The notes under the pieces are model-generated. The model saw nothing but the letters and a program-made list of their open reading frames with translations, was not told the DNA's origin and made no database searches. Positions 55,876-64,000 of a DNA stretch of 64,000 nucleotides are shown here, one piece after another (position 1 is the stretch's first letter; every line of letters starts with the position of its first letter). The translations under genes were made by a program, and so were the position numbers. This DNA comes from Verrucomicrobiia bacterium (GTDB lineage: Bacteria; Verrucomicrobiota; Verrucomicrobiia; Limisphaerales; DSYF01), in assembly GCA_035765895.1 (NCBI GenBank), contig DASTWL010000014.1, forward strand, positions 16,804 through 80,803, written 5' to 3'.

Positions 55876-57642
55876 CTAGGGTTTCTTTTCAGCCAGACCC
55901 AGCTGCTCCCGCACGAGTTCCGGCAGAAATTTCAACGGAATCGAACCGTTCGCCAGCACCGCCTGGTGGTAGCGGCTCAGCACAAAACGGTCGCCCAGTT
56001 CGTGTTCGATTTGCTGGCGCAGCCGGTAATGTGCCATGCGGCCGGTGAAGTAGGTCGAAAGCTGCACCGAACTTTGCTTGGCCCGGATGATTTTCAGCCG
56101 GGCTTCGCCCTCGGACTGGAACGCCTGGTTCGCCAGTAGATCCATCGCCTCCTCATCGGTCATGTTCTCGCAATGCATGCGGTGATCGAGAATCGCGTTG
56201 CCGACGGCGCGCAGGTAAAACTTGAGTTGCGTCAGGCGCAGCGCCAGGTCGCCGTCGCCATAGCCCTGGTCCAGCATCATCTGCTCGGTGTAAACCGCCC
56301 AGCCCTCGATGTAGGCGCCCGAGCCCAGCACCTTGCGGATGAGCGACGGATTGCGATTCGCGTATTCCAACTGCACGTAATGCCCGGGGTAGGCTTCGTG
56401 AATCGTGAGGATCTGCAACATCTGGTGATTGTATTCCTCGAAGAAGCTGCTCACGCGCGCCGCGTCCCAATCGGCCGGCGGTGGGCTGACCGCGTAAAAA
56501 CCCACGGCATTGGTATCGAGCGGCGGCGGCGAATTCATGAACGCCGTTGAGTTGCCGCGCTGGAACTCCGGCATCTCGATGACGCGACAGCGATCGGGAT
56601 CCGGCAACGGGAGAATGTTGTGCCGGCGGATGAAATCCTTCACCTGCACCACGTCGCGCTTCACGTCGCGCACAATGGTTTTCGCCGTGCTGTGATCCTG
56701 GGCAATGTGCGCGAGCACCCGGGCGATGGTCGTGCGCCGGCCGGCGGCATCATCCGGCGGCAGGGCTTGCTGCGGGAAATACCGGCCCCAGAGCTGCCGC
56801 GCGATGACATACATGTCGTTTCGCACGCGGTCGAATTCGGTCTGCGCGTCGGCATAGACCTGGTCCGCGGTCAGCCCCGCATCCAATTCCAGTTCCAGCT
56901 TGCGGTTGAATTTTTCCCGGCCAATACGCCATTCGCCGTGCGCCCGCGGCAGCAGGTCGTCTTGGAGAAATTTCTGGTAGTCCCGGAGCGCCGGCAAAAT
57001 CGCCTGGACCGCCGCCTTGAGTTCGGCCAGTTGCCTGGTCTTCCCCGCCACGGTGTAAAGATCGTGCTCGTAGAAATTGAGGGAACCCTGGTTCTGTTTG
57101 ATGGCCGTCTCAACGTAAACGCGCGGCGGATTGACCAGATTTTGCCGGGCCGCGGCCAGCACTCCGGGCACCTGACGGATGCGCGCAATGGCATTGGACA
57201 CGTTGACTTCCTGCGGCAGGGAAGATTGCGCGAGCAGATCAAAAATCGTCCCGCTGATGAACTGGTTGTAAGTGCGCGGATCAGTGACGAAGGCATCAAA
57301 GTGGTCCGCCATCCAGATGTCCTTTTGCAGTTCGTGCGCGAAGATGTCGTAATCGATCTGGCCCGCGCGGGTGAGCTTCGTCCGGTCCACGGCCTGCGGC
57401 AGTTGCGCCAGCGTTTCGCGCGTGTGTGCCCGCCAGCGCGCCCGGGCCGCCGGCGTCAGGTCGTCCATGAACCGGTCGTAGTCATGGTCGCCCAGCGACG
57501 TCGCCTCGACGGGCTGCATCTGGAATGTGGCCTCCAGTTGCTGACGGAAGAACGCCGCCAGCCGGGCGTCTTCGGACTGGGCCACCGCCGGCCGGGCGGC
57601 CAGCAACAACAACGGAGCGAGAACAGCGCAAAGGGATTTCAT
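55876..57642 (-). CDS. DUF885 family secreted protein
   Basis: Signal peptide MKSLCAVLAPLLLLAARPAVA from the ATG at 57642. TIHEAYPGHYVQLEY matches the DUF885 HExxPGH-type motif. The ORF-track version (to 59247) runs antisense through eno and is rejected. Confidence 0.85.
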   Translation of the reverse strand: MKSLCAVLAPLLLLAARPAVAQSEDARLAAFFRQQLEATFQMQPVEATSLGDHDYDRFMDDLTPAARARWRAHTRETLAQLPQAVDRTKLTRAGQIDYDIFAHELQKDIWMADHFDAFVTDPRTYNQFISGTIFDLLAQSSLPQEVNVSNAIARIRQVPGVLAAARQNLVNPPRVYVETAIKQNQGSLNFYEHDLYTVAGKTRQLAELKAAVQAILPALRDYQKFLQDDLLPRAHGEWRIGREKFNRKLELELDAGLTADQVYADAQTEFDRVRNDMYVIARQLWGRYFPQQALPPDDAAGRRTTIARVLAHIAQDHSTAKTIVRDVKRDVVQVKDFIRRHNILPLPDPDRCRVIEMPEFQRGNSTAFMNSPPPLDTNAVGFYAVSPPPADWDAARVSSFFEEYNHQMLQILTIHEAYPGHYVQLEYANRNPSLIRKVLGSGAYIEGWAVYTEQMMLDQGYGDGDLALRLTQLKFYLRAVGNAILDHRMHCENMTDEEAMDLLANQAFQSEGEARLKIIRAKQSSVQLSTYFTGRMAHYRLRQQIEHELGDRFVLSRYHQAVLANGSIPLKFLPELVREQLGLAEKKP

Positions 57643-57807
57643 GCAATGGTGGTCAGTAGTTATCATGTTCTGTTCCATGAGCCAATCCCCCGAAAAGGTG
57701 AGCCGGCCCATTCTCACCCGCCGGCCGGTGGCTGCCCTGCTTGCATCTTGAACTGGTCCGTGCCGCCATCTATGCTGTCCGCTCAAGTTGGTCTGAACCA
57801 GAATTAG

Positions 57808-59106
<1,299 letters not shown>

Positions 59107-59182
59107 ATCAATCTGGTAGGGCAGACCTGCTGGTCTGCTTCTCAGGCGGCGCCGCAACGCCGCCCTACCGACAAAAAGCTCA

Positions 59183-59220
59183 CCCCGGAAGTCAGCCATG
59201 GCTTCCGGGGTTTTGCTTTG
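59183..59220 (+). terminator. Rho-independent terminator of eno
   Basis: ccccggaag-tcagccatgg-cttccgggg is a 9-bp stem, followed by ttttgctttg. Confidence 0.85.
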
Positions 59221-59280
59221 CCGTTCACCATTACTCGGAGAGTTCATTTATTTGGATTTGCTCCAAATCTTCTACCTCAT

Positions 59281-59320
59281 TAAGCGAACATAGGTGAACA
59301 GAAGCGAACTTAAGCGAACA
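59281..59320. repeat. Four tandem 10-bp repeats (plus strand TAAGCGAACA; minus strand TGTTCGCTTA)
   Basis: taagcgaaca / taggtgaaca / gaagcgaact / taagcgaaca, head to tail at exact 10-bp spacing, between the eno terminator and the stop of the 59330-59938 gene. Confidence 0.8.
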
Positions 59321-59329
59321 GTTTTTCAT

Positions 59330-59938
59330 TCAATTCCCGTTGTTGGATTTGCCCTGTTCCTTCCCGCCCGCGCTCGAACGATCCCAGCCAAAGAGAATTG
59401 CGTGGACCCTCTCCAGCTTCTCGTCATGGCTCAGGGTGGTATCATCTCCCACCACCGCCAGATACGCCCTAAGTTTCGGCAGCTCCTTCACAGACGCAGC
59501 AGTCGCTTCATAATCAAAATACTTTTCGGCCAGCCTTAACCGCGCCCGCCGGATGTCATTGTCCTCACTGTCCAGCAAAAGCTTGGTGAATGACACGAGA
59601 TGCGCCAGTTCCTCCGGCTTTTCGCGGGCCAGCTTCAAGACGGCCTTGCCAACAAGCTTTACTGCTGCGTTCCGCAGACTGGCCACGCTCACGGGCAACT
59701 CATTCAATTCGTCGGCCGCCGCCTGCGCTTCAACCAACTCCTTGACCTGCCGTTCCCGCGCCCGGCGACGATAGAACCGGCCCAAGCTGGCAATGGTGGT
59801 CGTCACCCCGAATTCCTTTTGGACGCGCTCCAACGTTTTCGCGTAACCCAGGTTCTCGTCGAACAACCAGCCCTCCAATGTCTCGCGTTGCTCGCGCGTG
59901 AGTTGGTTCCACGTTGAATCGTCGCGCAGCTTTCTCAT
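59330..59938 (-). CDS. Hypothetical protein (202 aa), translationally coupled to the upstream KTSC gene
   Basis: The ATG at 59938 overlaps the KTSC stop (ATGA). The N-terminus STWNQLTREQRETLEGWLFDENLGYAKTLERVQKEFGVTTTIASLGRFYRR looks helix-turn-helix-like. This resemblance to phage Mu gp27/DUF3486-type proteins is an impression, not a verified hit. Confidence 0.55.
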   Translation of the reverse strand: MRKLRDDSTWNQLTREQRETLEGWLFDENLGYAKTLERVQKEFGVTTTIASLGRFYRRRARERQVKELVEAQAAADELNELPVSVASLRNAAVKLVGKAVLKLAREKPEELAHLVSFTKLLLDSEDNDIRRARLRLAEKYFDYEATAASVKELPKLRAYLAVVGDDTTLSHDEKLERVHAILFGWDRSSAGGKEQGKSNNGN

Positions 59939-60141
59939 CGGGAAAGTTTGCGGCATGAATACCGGTTCTTGATGCGGGCATGGAAATAACGGCCATGCGA
60001 AGCCGCGCGCAGCAGGCCGGCGTATTCTGAATAGGGGACACGTGAGTAGGCGTAAACGCCGCCGCTGTGGAAGACGATGACCAATGTGCCATGCCCGTCG
60101 TAATCCACCGCGGCCAGATTCGAGGATTGAACTGAGATCAC
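59935..60141 (-). CDS. KTSC domain protein
   Basis: 68 aa with a GTG start. SSNLAAVDYDGHGTLVIVFHSGGVYAYSRVPYSEYAGLLRAASHGRYFHARIKNRY follows the KTSC domain pattern (S.I..v.YD...L.V.F..G..Y.Y..VP...y..l..A.S.G.yf...I...Y). Confidence 0.7.
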   Translation of the reverse strand: MISVQSSNLAAVDYDGHGTLVIVFHSGGVYAYSRVPYSEYAGLLRAASHGRYFHARIKNRYSCRKLSR

Positions 60142-60209
60142 ACGTCCACACTAACGATGCAGGGGGTTTGCTAAAATGGGCGTTAAATACCGTGGGATTT
60201 TCCACCTAC
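60093..60209. repeat. Direct repeat copy A (117 bp): KTSC 5' end (49 bp) plus its 68-bp upstream region
   Basis: Aligns without gaps to 63185-63301 with about 12 mismatches (about 90% identity), counted by eye. Confidence 0.85.
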
Positions 60210-60461
60210 CTGGCCGCAGAATTGGCTGCCCCGATGCAGGCCTTGGACATTCTCGACTATTTGATGGCGAAGACGACCTGCGAGCAGCCAAGGAACTATG
60301 CGAAAGCTCAAGGGCCGATTGACCATGTCTGAGCAAAAAACGGCTGCCCATGCGGCGGGTTTGCAACCGTTTTTCTCTTGCATTCGAAAACCGATACCAA
60401 AAACTCAAACTACCGCTGAACTCAGCTCGCACGGAGGGGACGGCCACAAACCAAAAGGAAA

Positions 60462-62465
60462 ATGGCGGACATGAAAACGATCAGGAGTCGTGCAATCGCA
60501 ACCGCAGCCTGCCTGCTGTTCGCAACCGCAGTTCACACCTACGCCATTGAAGGGCTGAAACTCTCCCTGCAATGCAGCAACGTCGTCCTGACGTGGCCGA
60601 GCCTGGACGGCGAAACGTATATCGTCCAATACTGTCCAACGCTCGACACGAATTCGTCGTGGAAAACGCTCACCAACTTCATGCCAGCCGAAGTTGGAAT
60701 GACCAACACGACGTTCGTCCATTCCAACGCCGTGATAATGGCGGTCCATGACGGAGGCGGCTCATTTGCCGCCATGTCGTCCGGCCAGAGCAGTTCAATG
60801 GCTCTGGCCGTTGAAAGCGACACGCCAAGCGAGCCGATGGCATTTCCAACCAACGGCATTGGTTCAGGTGTCCCGCTTCAACTTTTCCCTCCCGGGTTCG
60901 ACATGACGCCTTACTACATTTACGACCCATCCAGCGACGAGTTCGTGAGCGGTTCTTTGCTTTCATCCTCAACGGATGGCGAGATGCAAGCGAACGATAT
61001 TGAGTTTCCACCAGCAGAGGAAGGCGGGGGCATCACCAATAGCAGCGGAGATTTCATCGCCGAAACGGCGTTCTACCGTGTCGTTCGGAATGGCGTTCAT
61101 CTGGTTGGCATCACCGACGGAATAAACCTGTCGGGCGTTGTCACAATCCCCGTGGAGGTTGGAACCGACGCAGGCATCTTGGCCGCATTGAGCGTCAGAG
61201 AGGACGGTTCACCCGTCGGGAACTCACAGGCCATTGCACCTTTTCAGGGACCGCTGCAAATTGTTCTGGATACAACTGCGATGAGTAACGGCGTCCATCA
61301 AATCACGGGTTATGCCTCATGGATTTCGGGCGGGGATGAAGACGGCACGACTGGCGTGGATGCAGAGTCGCCGCCGATCACGGTCAATGTTTACAACGAG
61401 ATTACGTTCCCAACTTGGATTGAGCATTTCGGGGAACTTTACGACTCGGTTCTGATTACCGCTCAGTTGGGCCATGCGGACGCCGACTGGTATGTGGACG
61501 TGTATGGCAGCGGTGCGGGCTACATCGGAACATTTTCGGGTCACACGACCGATGGAACGATTTACGGTTGGTGGGACTTGGTTGGGCCTGGTGGCGTGGC
61601 TTACACGAACGAAGCATATTTTGATTTCGTGGTGTCGTCTGATTATGCGGGGCAGGCACCCCAAGGGAACGGCCCGCAGCCGAACGGAAGTTCAACTTCG
61701 GTTCCCAAGCGAACCTATCGGCAAACCGATAACTGGATTAGCAAAGGCATGTGGGTCACGGCCAATCTGCAAGCATGGGAGGGTTTGACAGGCAGTGATT
61801 TGCTGGACATCGCAACGGATGGATTTGTTACCATCGCCGACGGAGCAGGATTGACAACACGTCCATCGCACTCGATAGGGGAAGCATTCCGAATTCAGTA
61901 TGGTTCAAACATTCCAGTATCCACAAGGAACAGCCAATGGCAATCTCTGCGAAATGCCATCTACCACCCTGAATCTCGCAACTTTTTCTACCTTGGACAC
62001 GGCTCACCCGATGGAATTGGCGGAAGTGCGGACACAAACCGCTTCATCACCGCCTCAGAGATTTCCACCAATCTTCACACATTACCTGCCGGGCAGACAA
62101 ACCGTCACGGGTATCGCTTTGTATTCCTCTATGGGTGTGAAACCGCCAGCGGGAAACTGCCCGAAGCATTCGGCATCATTCATCGGGAAAATGTTCCCGT
62201 TGTTGATTACGTTGATGCTGCCCTAACGCCCGGGGCGTTCGTTGGCTGGAACGACAAACAAAAGGCAGGCATCCTTGGTTCGACCTTCACAGACAACGCC
62301 CATTTCATCCAGCACTTCCAATGGGAGTGGACAACCAGCGGCTTGGGTGTCAGTGAATGCTTGGATCGTGCAAAGAATCTTTATTCCGACGTGGGCTTTA
62401 TTGACCGCAGTAAACTCAAGGTCTTTGGAAACTGGGAACTGCATCCGCTCGACTTCAACAGGTGA
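60462..62465 (+). CDS. Secreted protein with N-terminal FYR-type module, Ig-like domain and C-terminal caspase-fold (CHAT/C25-like) His-Cys domain
   Basis: Signal peptide MADMKTIRSRAIATAACLLFATAVHTYA. VVLTWPSLDGETYIVQYCPTLDTNSSWKTL .. AETAFYRVV. FFYLGHGSPDG (His513, codon 61998-62000) and FVFLYGCETASG (Cys559, codon 62136-62138) resemble the CHAT HG and ACxT(A)xG dyad motifs. Confidence 0.6.
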   Translation: MADMKTIRSRAIATAACLLFATAVHTYAIEGLKLSLQCSNVVLTWPSLDGETYIVQYCPTLDTNSSWKTLTNFMPAEVGMTNTTFVHSNAVIMAVHDGGGSFAAMSSGQSSSMALAVESDTPSEPMAFPTNGIGSGVPLQLFPPGFDMTPYYIYDPSSDEFVSGSLLSSSTDGEMQANDIEFPPAEEGGGITNSSGDFIAETAFYRVVRNGVHLVGITDGINLSGVVTIPVEVGTDAGILAALSVREDGSPVGNSQAIAPFQGPLQIVLDTTAMSNGVHQITGYASWISGGDEDGTTGVDAESPPITVNVYNEITFPTWIEHFGELYDSVLITAQLGHADADWYVDVYGSGAGYIGTFSGHTTDGTIYGWWDLVGPGGVAYTNEAYFDFVVSSDYAGQAPQGNGPQPNGSSTSVPKRTYRQTDNWISKGMWVTANLQAWEGLTGSDLLDIATDGFVTIADGAGLTTRPSHSIGEAFRIQYGSNIPVSTRNSQWQSLRNAIYHPESRNFFYLGHGSPDGIGGSADTNRFITASEISTNLHTLPAGQTNRHGYRFVFLYGCETASGKLPEAFGIIHRENVPVVDYVDAALTPGAFVGWNDKQKAGILGSTFTDNAHFIQHFQWEWTTSGLGVSECLDRAKNLYSDVGFIDRSKLKVFGNWELHPLDFNR

Positions 62466-62471
62466 GTTCTT

Positions 62472-63170
62472 ATGGAACAACTAATACACATTACTGCCAC
62501 GTATTCCAATGCTTTGCTCGTGGCTATCCTTCCGCACGTTTCTGACTTCGCAAAGAAGTTGGACTTGCCAATCGCACAACCGATCACGCAGGAACAAGTG
62601 CTTCGCTTCAATCCTAATCCATATAAGGGGCACTTTTCGGGGACCGTCATCTTAAAAAACCACTGGTGGTTTCACTTTGATGAAGGTGGCTATGTGGACA
62701 GTTTCAGTTCGGCGACCAATTGGTTTACGGCGGATGAAGATGCCGTGGACAACACGCAATACTACACGGGCACAACAAGGATGACCACGAATGAAATCAT
62801 TGGCTTTGCCCGAACCGTTCTTCTCAAACTTGGCTACCCGCCAGTCCTCACGCATTCAGATGCCATCCCGGAGTTGCAGGGACCGTATAATCTGAAACAT
62901 GGAGGGCATGTTACATACAGCCGTGTTTTATGGGAACCCGTCACAGATCACGACAGCGGCGACTACAGCAAAGTCCGTGTGGAGATAAACACTCAAGAAA
63001 GGGCGCTGGTTGGCCTTTACATCTGGTTTACAAAAACCAATCGAACAAGAATCGCGGCCCCGTTAAAAATTGATGTGGAACCAGAACTCGAAACCGATTT
63101 TCGGAAGCGAACGAAGGTTGGCGGCATGTTCATCCGCAGCAACGCCCCACCTGTGCTGCCAAAGAAGTGA
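62472..63170 (+). CDS. Hypothetical protein (232 aa), 6 nt downstream of the caspase-like gene
   Basis: Clean ORF in a visibly lower-GC stretch (42% in the sampled line at 62461). No signal peptide and no recognised domain. Confidence 0.6.
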   Translation: MEQLIHITATYSNALLVAILPHVSDFAKKLDLPIAQPITQEQVLRFNPNPYKGHFSGTVILKNHWWFHFDEGGYVDSFSSATNWFTADEDAVDNTQYYTGTTRMTTNEIIGFARTVLLKLGYPPVLTHSDAIPELQGPYNLKHGGHVTYSRVLWEPVTDHDSGDYSKVRVEINTQERALVGLYIWFTKTNRTRIAAPLKIDVEPELETDFRKRTKVGGMFIRSNAPPVLPKK

Positions 63171-63233
63171 TTATTCGGGTGCCGGCCCGTCGTAATCCAC
63201 CGCGGCCAGATTCGAGGATTGAACAGCGATCAC
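63171..63233 (-). pseudogene. Truncated KTSC gene remnant (first 16 codons conserved, then 4 unrelated codons and a stop)
   Basis: Reverse-complement translation from a GTG start gives (M)IAVQSSNLAAVDYDGPAPE then a stop, against (M)ISVQSSNLAAVDYDGHGTLV.. in the intact copy. Homology ends at 63185. Confidence 0.65.
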
Positions 63234-63301
63234 ACGTCCACACTAACGGCGCACGAAGTTTGCTGAAATGGGCGATAAATGCCGTGGGATTTTCCGCCTA
63301 C
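63185..63301. repeat. Direct repeat copy B (117 bp), partner of 60093-60209
   Basis: Same alignment as copy A. Its distal end coincides with the stop codon (63298-63300) of the upstream minus-strand gene. Confidence 0.85.
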
Positions 63302-63999
63302 TTGCTGTGTCCGCCTCGGGTCGGCCAGTTCAACGGGCGTTCTGAGCTGGCAAGAAACGGAAACAGCCGGTGAAACATTTCATCCGCCCGCTTCCTTTCT
63401 TTATACCACTCACGTTTGCGGTAGAGCTGCCAGGCCTTCGGAGATTTCTTCTCCAGCTCACCTTTGCTGAAGTGATGGAGCAGTCGCATCATGCCCAGCC
63501 GTTCCAAGGCCACCCGCCAATCCCGCGCTTTGTTCCGGCCCTTGCCGTCAGGGCCGGGAATGTCTTGGGGCCGGTTGGTTTTCACCCATTTGCGAAACTC
63601 CTGGATGATTTCCTCGTTGGTAAAGACGCCCCAACATATTTGCACCACGGTATGCTCCGTGCCGCTCCCGTAAATGACCGAAGCCGGGACATTGGAATAC
63701 CGCAGCTTGCCCAGTCGTGCGAGCACTTCGTCGTTGAGTTCGGGATTCTCCAGCCTCGCCCGCGCGTTGGCTTCATCAATCAATCGCCTTTGTTGTGCCA
63801 CCATCTCCACAATGTCCTTTGCGTCGAGGGGAATGCCGCGCTCGAAGGGGAGCAACTGAACCGAATCCACCAGGCCGCGCGGGGGAGTGTATGCTCGGAA
63901 CTCCCGCTCCGCTTTCGTAAGCAACTGCCATGGCTTCGGGAAACTTCCCGTCAGCCGGTGAACCTCGCCCAGCTTGAGGGGCAACGCATCGGCCAGCAC
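63298..63999 (-). CDS. Hypothetical protein, 5'-partial at the window edge
   Basis: The open frame runs to the end of the window. Charged C-terminal region GRNKARDWRVALERLGMMRLLHHFSKGELEKKSPKAWQLYRKREWYKERKRADEMF. No family was recognised. Confidence 0.55.
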   Translation of the reverse strand: MLADALPLKLGEVHRLTGSFPKPWQLLTKAEREFRAYTPPRGLVDSVQLLPFERGIPLDAKDIVEMVAQQRRLIDEANARARLENPELNDEVLARLGKLRYSNVPASVIYGSGTEHTVVQICWGVFTNEEIIQEFRKWVKTNRPQDIPGPDGKGRNKARDWRVALERLGMMRLLHHFSKGELEKKSPKAWQLYRKREWYKERKRADEMFHRLFPFLASSERPLNWPTRGGHSK

Positions 64000-64000
64000 T

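Noticed and set aside
59939-60205. Upstream extension of the 59330 gene to the 291-aa ORF start at 60205
   Set aside because: The extension overlaps the KTSC gene out of frame over its whole length. The ATG at 59938 gives a clean ATGA coupling instead.
60084-60332. Plus-strand ORFs 60084-60332 and 63167-63373 with similar N-termini (..ARRNPPRPDSRIE.RSHVHTN..)
   Set aside because: Their similarity is a by-product of the 117-bp DNA repeat read in a non-coding frame. The repeat is better explained as a KTSC 5' end plus upstream region on the minus strand.

Overview
High-GC (about 65% in one sampled 60-nt line) bacterial chromosome segment. The gene content points to Verrucomicrobiota or a related PVC lineage: a PEP-CTERM protein, an H-X9-DG prepilin-like protein, and giant secreted Ig/RCC1/LamG/PA14 proteins. 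This taxonomic call is an inference. Contents in order: (1) 46-12653, a secreted-glycan-type cluster with a GH31-PA14 hydrolase, an H-X9-DG pseudopilin-like protein, a 3x tandem-module secreted protein, a PEP-CTERM protein and a NarL/LuxR-type two-component system. (2) Housekeeping and miscellaneous genes: asd, a Sel1-repeat protein, a REC-MBL hybrid, a solitary nuoA, a eukaryotic-type UGPase, a SET-domain protein, an RluA synthase with an RG-rich tail, a UgtP-like GT28, cutA and a GNAT. (3) 23584-36509, a contiguous ribosomal cluster from rplB to rplQ on the minus strand, including an rpmJ absent from the ORF track. It is preceded directly by hom-thrC-lysC rather than rpsJ-rplC-rplD-rplW. (4) A 1700-aa Ig/RCC1 protein. 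(5) A crcB-DUF190-DoxX-cupredoxin-chrA operon. (6) A 1434-aa LamG/sugar-dehydrogenase/cytochrome c protein. (7) Transketolase, a DUF885 protein and eno. (8) From about 59221 to the window end, a lower-GC accessory island with KTSC genes, a caspase/CHAT-like secreted protein with a coupled unknown partner, 117-bp direct repeats and a 4x10-bp tandem repeat. I recognised no rRNA, tRNA, CRISPR array, transposase or integrase. Many long ORFs in the track are antisense shadow frames typical of high-GC DNA.
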